From Paragordius varius (lineage: Eukaryota > Animalia > Nematomorpha), in assembly GCA_964247055.1 (NCBI GenBank), contig OZ176055.1, positions 248,001 through 312,000 on the forward strand: a stretch of DNA of 64,000 bases, written 5' to 3'. How positions within the stretch are numbered: the first letter of the stretch is position 1; each line of letters opens with the position of its first letter. The translations under genes and the position numbers were made by a program. Positions 1-12,627 of the stretch are shown in pieces. The notes under the pieces are model-generated. The model did no database searches. It saw nothing but the letters and a program-made list of their open reading frames with translations, and was not told where the DNA came from.

Positions 1-722
1 AGCTTTAAAAAGTATGGTCGTCTTTTTAAAAATTTTTATTTTTATTTTTACATTTTGTCCGTATAATTTCAATTTTTACTGTATAAATCAAAAATCCCTT
101 TTATTTCCAAAACATAATCTACGAATCGCAATACACTTTATTAACTTAGAATAAAAATTGTAGAAATTATACGTAAGAACAAAACGTGAAAATATAAAAA
201 CAATTATTTTTTCTAAAAGACAACCACCATACTTTTGTAATCTCTTGATTTTTTTTATAACTTTCATTGTTTTAAACTACAAAGTATAAAATAGAAATGT
301 TAATTAGTAACACAACAAATTATATATTTTACAATTGTAAATGGGGATAAATTAAGGTACCTTAAAAAAGTATGGTGTGGTTTTTTGAAAACAAAATTTT
401 TGTCTTTATATTTCTTCATTTTGTCCACCTTCCGTATATAATTTCAATTTTTACTGTAAATAACTTAAGCCCCAAAAAAGTATCCAATTTAAATGCCTAA
501 AAATCATTACAAAAAATATCCATTATTTAATTAAGAAACTAGTTGTCTTTTAAAAACATAATTTTGTCTTTATATTTTTACATTTTGTCCACCTTTCGTG
601 GATAATTTCATTTTTACGGTAAATAACTTAACACCCCCAAAAAAGTATTTAATCTAAATGCCTAAAAACTAATTAAAAGAAAAAAACCAGCAAGTAATGA
701 AAAAAAACTCTTCAAAACTTAC

Positions 723-3479
723 CATTAACCGGTTCTATGGTAGTTAAATTTTTTGAAGTAGATTGATTTTCAGTTGTTTCAACTAAATCAAAATCTTGAT
801 TGAAATTTTCAAAATTTCCAGGAATATCATTTTGATCAAAGGGTGCCCAAATTTTAATGCATTTCGGGTCCATGGAAGCGATCCAATCATTTTGTAGGAA
901 TTGGATTTTGCCAATAGGAAGTCCGTACATGTGATCTTTGGCGTGATAAGGTGCACGTGATCGTAAATCATATAATTGGACCTATATGCATAAAAATATT
1001 AGTTTAAAAATCAAAAGTATGATAAATAATTGAAGGTAAATAAAATATATAAATATATTAAATTTTATATTTAAGAGAAAACATAGATAACCATACTTTT
1101 AAACCTTTGATTTCTATTACCCGCATATATTTAATTAGACAGATTTAAATTATTTAATTAAGTATTACAACAAATTTAAAATCTCGAATGCGTATTTCGA
1201 AACCGAAAATGATGATTAATTACTATAAAAATTGAAATTATACGGAAGGAAAAAAATGTAAAAATATAAAGACAAAATATTGTTTTCAAAAGACATCCCC
1301 ATATTTAAACTACCTAATTTATCCTATGTACAATCGTAAAATACATAATGTTGATTGTGTTACTACTAATTTACATTTCTATATTCTACTTTATAATTTA
1401 AAACAACGAAAGTTATATTTAAAAAATCAAGAAGAAATAAAGAAATAAAAAAGTATGTTAGATGAGAATATTTGTCTTTATATTTTCAGAATTTGTCCTT
1501 ACATATAATTTCCACATTTTTAGTCTAAATTTGCAATAAGCAGCAGAATATTTTAAAACACTTTTTAAAAAAATGGATTGTCTTTATATTTTTACATTTT
1601 GTCTTTATGTTTTCAGTTTATTGTTAATGTAAATATTTTACTGTGCCAAAGTTTGTTCCAACTCCAAATCTCAATTCATCCTTATAGGTGATGGCTGAAA
1701 AGCCAGGTTTGTTCGATTTTCGAAAGTGTGATGATATGCCCCCCAAGGGAATAGATGATATCTAAAGAACAAAAAAAAATGTTATTTATAAAAAAATTTT
1801 CAGTATTTCTTACCCGGTTTTTTAATTTCATGGGTGAATCAAAGATTAAAACAGGAAAGACATTTTGATTTTTGTCAAAAACTGGAAAATCAAAAAAAGA
1901 ATTTTAAACAAACAATAAGTAAGTACTTATTCTTTTAAAAAAGTAATAAACTCAATTTTATCAGCAATTAAGGCTCTAAGAAATATATAGACATGTATTA
2001 TATAAAACATCTTTTGTTTATTGAATTTAACAACAACAAGCCTATTAATTCCAAATCATCACCTGTTTTTGAAATGGCCCAAAATCAGCTGTTATTTGGG
2101 CGACTCGGTTTCGGGTCCTCGGGTCCCAACACTCAATAGTTCCGTCAGCTGATACGCATGTCAACAATCGATGGTGCGGATTTATATCACACGCAGTTAA
2201 AACTCTACATAGCGAAAAAAATTATTAGATATTTGAAAATAGAAATAAAACAGATATAATCCAAAGAAAGAATTTTTTTATAAAAATCATTTAAAAATAT
2301 TGCATATTAACTGGAATATGAATATTTCAAACTCAAATATATTTTTTATGTGGTTTAATGTGTTAAAAACAAACTATTTTTTTCGTGCGTTAATCAATAA
2401 TGTAATCAAAATTAAATTTTCAATAAACTTTTTCCCAAAATAATATTTGTAATGTTGTTTAAGAAAAGTTTTTAGAAGATTAAAGCTAAAAATATTGATA
2501 TTTAAAAGGATTAAAATATTTATAAAATCTATAAACAAAAATGGATAGTTTTATAAAAATATATATATTTTAACAACCACTTTAAATGACAAATCTTTTA
2601 TATAATTAAAAAATATTATTATAATAATTTTGAAATTTATTATAAAAAAATGTAATGATATGAGTATTTAATAAAAATAAAATTATTTAAATAAGATAAT
2701 CATTTATTTTACCAATACCTGGAATTTGATTCGAACGGTGCTAAAAATCTCCCCTGAGCCAAATTCAATCGAAAAATATCACCACTAAAAAAATATTTAA
2801 AGTGTATTTGTGGGTAATCTATATATTATATATAATACTTATTTTACTTATTAAACATTTTTCAAACTATCAAATTAAATTTAAATTTTACCCATTTGCA
2901 ACAATGTAAAGGTCACATGAAACCTTGTCATAATCCATATCGTGACCTAGGCGAGGAATTCGAGTTTTGTAATGAAAACCATAACTTGCATGAAATTCTA
3001 TCCATCTATCATGTTCCAAACAAATAAACTAAATTAGGCAATTAAAAACAAAAAAAAACTTTAGAATAATCATCTGAGAGCGGTAAAATTTTAATTATTT
3101 CTGAATCAACGCATCGTTCAAATTTCATCGATAATTGTTGAGTATCATAACATCGAATGCGAGGTTTATACATACCAGATATTAAAATGTAATTTTCATC
3201 GGGTGTCATACAAACGCTATTTGTTACGGCCGGCATTTCAAAATCTTGAATAAGTGTAATACGACGTTCTAATTCCTCATCTTTCCTGATCAGCGATTTC
3301 TTTTGCTTGTTGGATAACCACTAGAAATAAGTTTTTTTTGATAAATATTCATAATATTAAATTTTTAAAAATATTTAAATATATTATAATACTGAAAAAA
3401 ATTATATAATCACCTCAGGAATAGATTTACCGGCGCTTAAATTATAAACTTTAACTCCGTTTATATTTGTAACATGCAT
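723..3479 (-). CDS. NOL10: Nucleolar protein 10 (WD40 ribosome-biogenesis factor), exons 1-7; gene continues beyond the left edge
   Basis: Exons 3479-3414, 3320-3060, 3028-2892, 2784-2719, 2204-2063, 1761-1642, 981-723, all GT-AG and phase-compatible. Translation MHVTNINGVKVYNLSAGKSIPEWLSNKQKK..IQDFEMP..GMYKPRIRCYD..SMKFERCVDSE..DDYSK..RLNLAQGRFL..ECWDPRTRNRV..LYDLRS..KDHMYGLPI matches the NOL10/Enp2 N-terminus. Confidence 0.95.
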
Positions 3480-3580
3480 GCCACTAACGCATAAAGGTTA
3501 ACAGATTGTTCCAAAAAAATTTAAAATATTAATGTCATAACGCTATTTTATTAACACTTGAATACAACACACTCATTTTA

Positions 3581-4136
3581 GTCCTTCGATTCAAATTGGG
3601 GTAGTTGGATACCCCAGGCCTGTTTAAAATTAAATATTATAAAAAGTATGAAAGGAATCGAAACGATGGCAAAATTTTGCACTTATTTAACATTAATAAA
3701 CCGAAATATATAAAAAAATATATTCAAAAATACTTGATATTACTTATTTTAAGCTAAAACCGAGAGGTAAAAATTTCGTCAACGTGACATGTGTGAATGG
3801 TAAAATTAAAATATAATACAAAATAAACCGCTTTTTTTATTTCTATCAATGCTAGATGTAATTAAAATAAAAAATTAGCTTTAATTTTATCCTTAAAATT
3901 AAATTAAGACGATATTTTGCAAAAAATTTGCAGAATAAAAATGGCATCGAAGTAGTTTGACATGGAACTTTTTTTTCAAAACAAAATTTTATTTATATAT
4001 TTTGGCATATTTATATAATTTTTAATTAGCTTAGAAGCATAAATTTAAATTGGGACCGTTTCCTTCAGTAGTTTTTTAAAAATATTAATTTAAATTTAGT
4101 CTGGGGTATTTAGATACCCCAATTTGAATCGAAGTG
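3581..4136. mobile_element. piggyBac-like MITE about 100 bp upstream of the NOL10 ATG
   Basis: TIR CTTCGATTCAAATTGGGGTA / TACCCCAATTTGAATCGAAG; TTAA at 4137-4140 and TTTA on the left. Confidence 0.65.
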
Positions 4137-5989
4137 TTAAGTGCGACTTTTTTATCATCCCACCCAAAAGTTTTTATTTGTCCTAGTTACCTTTTGAGGT
4201 GGCTTTCTATACCAGAGCCTAATTTGTAAATAAACTACACTTTTAAAAGTTTTTTTAGCAAAATATAATAATCAAACTTTGTTCTCAAGTATTAGATAAC
4301 AAAACTTATTTTTTCACAGTTTTGTGATTTCTAGGGTCTAAAATTGGGACAGCTCCAAAAGACTGAAACGAACAGCTCATATTAAAATCAAAAATATCAA
4401 ATTTTTGCTGGTAAAATGTAGCCTTATACTTCTTAAAAGTAATTAACATTTTCTAACCATTTTACATTTATTTTGCTGTTAAATAAGCAATATAAAAAAA
4501 TTAAAAAAAAACGGCAAAAATATTTGAGATAGGTATTTTTTACATTTTTCTCGTTAATTTTTGTACAATACGCCTAAAAGATTAAAGAAAGCATATTTTA
4601 AAATTCGGCTTAATACTTAAAATACTTTTTTAAAATGTTAAAATTTTGAATCGCTTTGGGATATAACCCAAAAAGTAATGGAGTTTTAGAATTAGGTGAA
4701 TTATGTAAAAAAATACAATTAATAAAAATTTGAAATTTAACTATATTTATCAAACAGACGATACAGCATCATTGAATTTATGGAAATAGTGTTTTTATAC
4801 CTCATTCTATCATGCCTCTAAATCAGGGGTCTAGACAAATATATTCGCAGCTGCTTTGATTTTTGTTTTTTATTCATTTACCCCAATTTAGGATGAAAAT
4901 AATAGTAAATTTTTGAAAATCAATTTTAATTTTTTTCACATTTTGCGTTCCAAAAAAAGCGTGTTGGACATCCCTGGTCTGATTAGTATAAAGTATTATT
5001 TTGCCAAAATTTTGCTATAAAATTAATTTTTAAGCATATTATTCATTTATCGGAAAAAGTTTTTGATGTCAAAAGTTAGCAGATATTTTAAATTTTTATC
5101 GCGCGATCTGGGCTTGTTGCGCCATTATTAAATGAGAACTGGTCCATTTTTGATGGTATTTAAGGCTATCAGTTAGAATTTAGTATAGATGTTTTTTTTA
5201 AAGAAAGCAGATTGTTACTCAAAAAATTCATTTATAATGATATGCCCGCTAATTTTGCGATTCTTCGATATTCCCACAAAAGTTGAACTACCTTTATTAT
5301 ATCATTCGTCGCCATGATAATCATATTTTTTTCTTCTAGAATATATATGTAATTCATCAGAATATTTTGTTGTATGCACTGCATATATGTAATTTGGATA
5401 TTTAATTTAAACCGGAGATTTTAAGCACTCTGTAACAGAAAAATATCTTATATTAATAACATATAATTTAATTAAAAATTTTCAGTGCTTATTAAAAACA
5501 TTTATATAAACTTTATTTTTGAATAATATATATATAATGACCCCCTACCCTCTTATTTAAAATTGTCCGATTTTTAAGTAAAGTCCCTGTTATCATAATC
5601 GTTTTAAGTTTAATATAACTTTTAACATGCTTATTAATTTGTATAGAATTGTGCACGTGTAATAAAAATAAATGAAATATCTAATTATCATTCATTTAAA
5701 CAATTTATCACAATAATAATTATTAATCTATATATTTATGAAAATGGAAAACGCTGTTGTGATCTGTTTTGTAGACTTATTCAAATCCAAATTTCGAAAA
5801 ATATAATCATTAATGAAAGCCCCGACAATAGCTTCGCTCTTTTTTTGAATTAGGTCGCCAGTTCGGGCCCACCCAGTGTAAAAACGGTTTTTTTTGAAAA
5901 CACAAGTCCACAAAAATCGTGTCTTTGAGACAATTTTCCTGAAAACGTGTTGGACCATGCGATTTAAAATATGATTTTTTTATTTATTC

Positions 5990-7090
5990 TCGATTGCGCC
6001 GAACATAGTCGACTCGCCTTTTTAATTTAGGCCCTCTTTTTACCCGCTCCCTCCGTAAAATGCCATTTTTTTAAAAAAACTAAATAAGTCCAAAAAAATA
6101 ATTTTTTGAATCTATTTTTTGCCCAGTATGAGACCGTAAAAATTCAATAAGGATTCCAGGTATTCCAAAGGCAAATATTTTAGTCATGCGTTTCTTTGAT
6201 GATAGCTGCTGGGTAAGGAGATACCTGCTAAAAACTGACCCGTCATATCGAAATAGCGTGCCTTTGGGGCTAAATTTCTGAAAACCTATCAGGCCATATG
6301 AGTTCAATCCGTGCTTAAAATATTACCCGTATTAGGTCGTACGGTTTTTTAAAATTAGCCGTTAATTAGGCCCTTCACTCCCTGAAAAATGCGCTATCAT
6401 TGAACTATTATTTAGTTTTGAAGCCATTTTCCAAAAACTATTAAAAACATGATTCCCCTATAAGGCAAAAAATTTTATCGAACGTCTTTTTTATATTGGC
6501 CTCTGTCAAGGGCTACCCGCCAACAACTGCTTCACCATATCGATGCAGCATGCCTTTGAGGCTAAATTTCAGAAAACCTATGATTCTAAAAGGAACATAT
6601 GGAATCCATGATAATTCCAGATATTCCGCATATAAAGGCAAAAATTTTGCCCAACGCTTTTTATATGTGCCCCTGGGTAAGGAGCTACCCGCCAAAAACT
6701 GCGCACTATATAGCAATTGGGTTGTTTTGGAGCTAATTTTTTAAAATTTTATGAAGCTATATGAGCTCATTAAAAGTAGAAATGTAACCCGTAACTAGGC
6801 AAAGAAGGTCAGGGTTTTTTTAGCCATTAATTTGGTGTCCATAAGCCCTAAGATGCGCCATCAATGACGATTACTTGGTGTTGAGGTATTTTTGAATAAC
6901 CGATGAGACGATGGTATCAAAGATAAATCCAAATATTTCCCATAAAGGCAAAGAATTTAACTCAGCGCTTTTTCCATATAGGTCTATGGGTAGGGGTCTA
7001 CCGGTTTAAAACTGAGACACCATACAAAAATGGCGTGGTTTTGGACCTAATTTTCATAAAACTTAAGAAGCCATACCCGATGTCAAAAAA
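5990..7090. repeat. Diverged higher-order repeat array, GC-richer than its flanks
   Basis: A units start AAGGCAAA near 6167, 6461, 6634, 6944; B units near 6010, 6310, 6775. Confidence 0.6.
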
Positions 7091-8664
7091 AAGCTTTTTT
7101 GCACGTTTTACTTAATAATTGCTCATGTTTTTTCAGACTAAGATCAATGGTTTTTGTTTACATTGTTAAAATTTGGTATGCTGGAAGCCTTTATACTATT
7201 AAACCTGATCAACAATATTTTTTTGAGGCTATTTTCGCCAAAATTATGAGATCACAATAAATTTAGGAGTGCAGATCGCGTATAAAGGCAAAAAAAATTT
7301 GCTCCTCCCCCCAAGAAGTCCGAAAGAATTACTCGGGCTGCGTAGCAGCCCGAGATTTACGCCAGTATTATCTAAAATATAAAAATAAAGATAAATCCGA
7401 ATATTGATTTTAAAATGTATAGAAAAAAATTTGATGATATTCAGCCATTATATATATATATATATATATATCCCAGGATAGGAGGGTCCTTTTAAGGAAA
7501 GTCTACTGCAATAAGGTTTTTTTTTTCTACCTTTTTTTAAATTTTGTGATAAATATTGATGACTTTTATATGTATTATAGAAACGGAAGCTATATATATA
7601 TATTGAACATAAACCACAGATCAATCGATTTTTATCGGTTTTTTATCATTAGATAACAACACTGTTTAAATTCTTTAATTATAACTTTATAATGTATGTA
7701 TTACTTTTTATCATAAGAAGGAAAAAAGGGGGTGAGTATTAGGGCCAAATGACACCCCTATAAAAAAATTTATATTATTAATTTTATTTTCTATTGTAAG
7801 TAATAGATCTTCAAAGTCCAATCATACTATTAAAATCAATCGTAATAAATTTTTTGGCATAAAAAGCCTTTAGAGAGCCATGTATTGAACCCAATAATTA
7901 TAAAATAATTTACCATGGGTGACAGATGGATAAAATCCAATATATATATGTTAATTTATTGGGTGATTTTGGATACTTTTCAATTAACTAATCTTTTTTT
8001 TCTTATATAATAAATATATATCGATATTTTAATTTATATAAACTTTTTTTAAACTTTTTTGTCGAAACGAAAATATTTGCGAATCCAACAATCAAATAAT
8101 GACGAGAATTACGACCGAAGTAATTTTAATTTTAAATTTTTTTAATACAAATTCAGATTTACGGAAGGACAAACTGTAAAAATATAAAGTCACAATTTTT
8201 TTTTCAAAAGACAACCCCATACCTTTTTTAATCTTAATTTATCATATGTTAATCATTTGAAATACAATCGTAAAATACATAATATTGATTGTGTTAAAAA
8301 TTTACATTTCTATATTATTATTTGTAGTTTATATTTAAAAAAATAAAAAATATGGTTGTTTTTGAGAAAAAAATATTTGTCCTTAAATTTTTACGTTTTG
8401 TCATTCCGTATAATTTCAATTTTTCTAAAATTTTATTCTAAAATTAATTTTAATATATCGAATTTCGGTATTATACAATTCCCATTTCTGGATAATATTT
8501 TTGTAGAATATATATGATACTTTTTGTACTTTTATATTTATCATAATAGTGTTAAAACATTTTCATTTGCCGACCTGCCATATTTCACTAAGAAAAAAAA
8601 TTTACAAAAGAAATTTTATCATTTGAACACATAATATGTAACTTAAGGGACTACCGACACTAAA

Positions 8665-8709
<45 letters not shown>

Positions 8710-9092
8710 GCAAATAAAGTTATAAAATGTATAATATAATTTTAGTTTTTATCTATATAGTTCCCCGAGTGAATTCTGTACAAAATTATATTTTAAGGCA
8801 GGCATAAAAGTTAGAAAAAATCAAATGATACCCCATGAAAAAATATTAAAAATATGAAAAAAATATTTAAATCATTTAAAAACGAGAAAATAACCCAAAT
8901 TATGTGTTAAAATCCCTCTTTAAGTTAAAAACTTTGCAAATTACATTAAAAAAAATGTTTTAAAGTGTTTTTTGAGTTAAGAAGCAAGATACGCACAAAA
9001 TATCATAGAAAACAAACATATTGTTTTGATTTAATTTGATTTTTATGCTTAAATTATATGATATGATTTGAATTTAAATTTGTTTTGATTAG

Positions 9093-10305
9093 ATTGAAGA
9101 AATAATTATACCGCTAATGCCTGCCCCAGTTCGGTTATTCGATATCGAAAAACCGCCCCGACGTAGTCGATATTTATCATCAAGCAGCTATCCAGGTAAA
9201 AATATTGTAACTCATTTGATTAAAAAAATATATATCTTTATAAAAACTTTAATAAACCCAACATTTTGGAACCAAGAAATACGATACATAATTATAGATT
9301 TATTTGCTATTTTTAATAAAATTTGATATAAATTAAACCTTTCAGTAAATTGCGACAAAACAAAAATGGGTCTAATATTTTTTCTCAAAGACAACCATAT
9401 TTTTTTACAACCTGATTTTTTGGATTAATTTATCGTTTCGGAATAAGTACAGTCATGTATCCTTTATTTCATCAAAAATTTATTTTTTTTGTCAAATGGG
9501 TATAAATTTTTGGTTAAGAATGGAAAAAACAAGAGCTCTATGGTAATTCTTATACTTTTTGATGAATATGATTTTGTCAATACCATAGAGCTCTTGTTTT
9601 TTCCATTCTTTATCAAATATTTATACCCATTTAACGAAAAAAAAAATAAATTTTTGATAAAATAAAGGATACATGACTGTACCTTTGTAATCTTTTAGTT
9701 TCATAGAAAAAATCATAAATATAAATTGTTTCCATTATAAAAGTTATAAGTCTTTAAGCTTTTTTACGTTTTCTACCACCTGCGGAAACGCTTTAAAATT
9801 AATCTCATTAAAAAAAACCACCAAAATTTAACATTTTACATTTCACAATGAATGCCATATAAATTTTTTAAACCAAAAAACCGGTTCCTTCTCTGCTTTC
9901 AATAAAAAAAACTCTTCAAGAAGTTATATTTGATTTTGCATTTTATTTTACTTAGGTTTTGGGGGCAGTTCACTGTGTAACATACATAATTGCGCTTGTT
10001 GTGACATTTGTAACCCAAATTGTTGTCGCCCAAAATCCGTTGTCAGTTACAAAGGTTCTGACATTGGAGGAAGCGGTCTACTACCTATCATGCCTTATAC
10101 GCCCTCACCCGCAATGCAAAGTGCAAAACGTGTATCCGATCAAATCGATAATTACTTTGCAAATTATCCACGCGGCCTTATATTTTCTTACTATTACCCG
10201 CCACGACCCCTGTATTTTGTGGAAAGCAGTCCGGTTGATTTGTATTCAACAACATACTCAAGCAGTTCCTCATCAAGATCTTCAAAATCGAGATGTTTGT
10301 GTTAA
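9093..10305 (+). CDS. Unknown small Cys/Ser/Pro-rich protein (gene A), 5' end unresolved
   Basis: Exon 9093-9195 (ttag..G|gtaaaa) joins in phase to exon 9956-10305 (cttag..TAA): IEEIIIPLMPAPVRLFDIEKPPRRSRYLSSSSYPG-FGGSSLCNIHNCACCDICNPNCCRPKSVV..SSSSRSSKSRCLC*. Both exons are GC-richer than their flanks. Confidence 0.6.
9450..9679. mobile_element. 230-bp palindromic MITE related to the 27.4-kb foldback element
   Basis: TA|CAGTCATGTATCC..GGATACATGACTG|TA; shares the AAAAACAAGAGC..ATGGTA subterminal motif. Confidence 0.85.
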
Positions 10306-10817
10306 AAAAGACAACAAAATTTCCTTAAAAAACCAACGAACGAATCAAAAACGAAAATATTACTCTACGAAATTTTCAACGTTTTTTTTGTGTTTCTCAA
10401 ACTCATTAATAACAAACTGTGTTAAATTTAACTCATATATATATCTGAATAATTTTATCAATGTACAAATTATGAATATATATGTGTGTCAATTATGATT
10501 ATCATTTATAATATCATCCATCCATCTAATGATAAATAAAATAAATATAATTTTTCAATGAATGTCTTTTGTCTATTGTATGGTTGTATGTATATTTAAA
10601 TATTTGCTTAGATCCTGTTTTTAAAAACTTGTCATATTTTTTATTATTGAAATTACTAAAAATAGGGGCCTTCGGGCATCTTTACACTTATGTCATAACA
10701 ATATATAGGATATATTTTAGAACATATAGCACAAAATATTAAAAGTATAAATTTCTTTTATATTCTTTCGACAAAAATTTAATAAAATCAAAAAAATTAA
10801 TAAATTTGTAAATAAAT

Positions 10818-12627
10818 ATGCAAATACTGCCAAAATTCAATTGTGGCGCGCTTTGGTTATTTATCGTTTTCGTTGGAATTTTATCATTCTGGGCCCATTC
10901 TGTGGAATCATATGTTTGCATTTAACTCTTTATTAATATTTTAATTTAACTTAAACTATATTATATTTTTTTAAATTTTAGAGTATATGCCGTAATTCTT
11001 GTAGTGACAGGTAAACATATTATAATTTTTTTCAATAAAAAAAATTTTTTCAAAAATAATAAATTTTGATAATTTTTATTATAAAAATAACATTTTGATA
11101 ATTTTTTTTTAAAAAAAAATAAATAATTTCATATTTTTGTAAAAATTTGATAATTTTTATCAAAAAAAATATATTTTATAGTGTCGTGATAGAATGTCCC
11201 AACTCTTGCGAATCTTGTCGATGTTGTTCTTCCAGGAGAAAATGCCAAAAATATGATTATTATAGTAAATTTATTCCACATATTGAAATTATTTTGCGTT
11301 TTAATTTTATAAAAAACATTTTAGAATCAGTCTTTCTTTCTAAAATTGTTATGACGGAAAAAAATAAGTTATAAAATTTTATGTATGACACATTAAAACT
11401 CAAATTTACCCTTGAAAGTTTCAAAATCACACCCTAAAATAAATTATTTTTGAGTGAATTTGAGACGTTTAAGGGTGAAATAAAGTGTAAATGGTATGTC
11501 ATATAAGTGTTTTAAAAGCACACTAACTTATGCTTATCAGCTGATCTTAAGAATTTAATAAAATTAACAAATATACTTTGATTTATAAACTTTTGTACAA
11601 ATTAAATATATAATGAAGGCGGAAAAATTTTGTCGCTCAACTATTTAATTTAGATTGGTAACATATAAAATATAAAATAACCTTATTCTCAAACATATTC
11701 TAGGTCCTATTATATTACAATTTTTTTATTCCTTCCTTATATTAAACAATAGAATCATCTTCTCGTTCCAATAAAATGTCCCAAAACGCATTGATGAAAC
11801 TATTAATGCAATTATTGATGCAAAATTTTCTGCAACAAAGGCCGAGAATCCCACCGCAGGTGTCTGTCGGTCCAATTGTTACAACAACAGTTAAACCAGC
11901 TTCTATAACATTTGATAAACAATCCCTTCTTAAAAGCTTGGCAGCCAGAGGTATAGACTTGAGTAAATTAAGCAAATCTACCAAGACGTCCAGCAATGAT
12001 AAAATGATAGCTAAAGGCGGTGATTCTTATTACCTAAACCTTTATAATGCAAAAGATGTGAAAACTCAAGGAGAACAGACTCAACATTCAAGTGCAGTTA
12101 ACTCAGGAGGCAGTTTTGAGTTTAAACCCGTACTCCCTACCTATCCAAAAGAGTACAGACCCCCACACGTCAATGTTGAAAACTCCGTAGGAACTACAAC
12201 TATATCCCCCCCTTCAAGGAATCCAAGCGTTGCAGTAAAAGAAAACTCCTCACAAACTACGCGGCATATGATACATTATCAAACTTATCCAACAACATCA
12301 ACACAAACTGACAATGCACCTGCCCGGGGTGATATAATGAAACAAAATAGTGTAAGCTATTCTCATCATGATAACTTGTTAAATACCACAACTGTAGTTT
12401 ACACGTTAGCCAAATCGACAAAATCTGCCCCACATCATACGAATGCAATGGTGTCAGGACAAAAAAATGCGACACTAACTGACGAAAACTACGGACGTGG
12501 AATTCTGCAATCGCCGGGGGAGTCAACATTCGTAGCGGAAGGACCGCTAGATCAGTTGGCGGCGACCCCTGGAAAACCGGTTTATGCCCTTGGTTACAAT
12601 TCAAACTACAATGCTAACCGTGAATGA
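10818..12627 (+). CDS. Unknown secreted protein (gene B), 360 aa: signal peptide, 8-Cys domain, Ser/Thr/Pro-rich tail
   Basis: Exons 10818-10913, 10982-11010, 11182-11264, 11753-12627 are all GT-AG and phase-compatible (1083 nt). MQILPKFNCGALWLFIVFVGILSFWAHSVES-YSICRNSCSDSVVIECPNSCESCRCCSSRRKCQKYDYYK leads into the 283-aa track ORF 11776..12627. Confidence 0.75.

Noticed and set aside
9959-10498. 179-aa track ORF
   Set aside because: TTG start and it runs on into AT-rich sequence. The frame ending RCLC* is the one compatible with the upstream exon phase.
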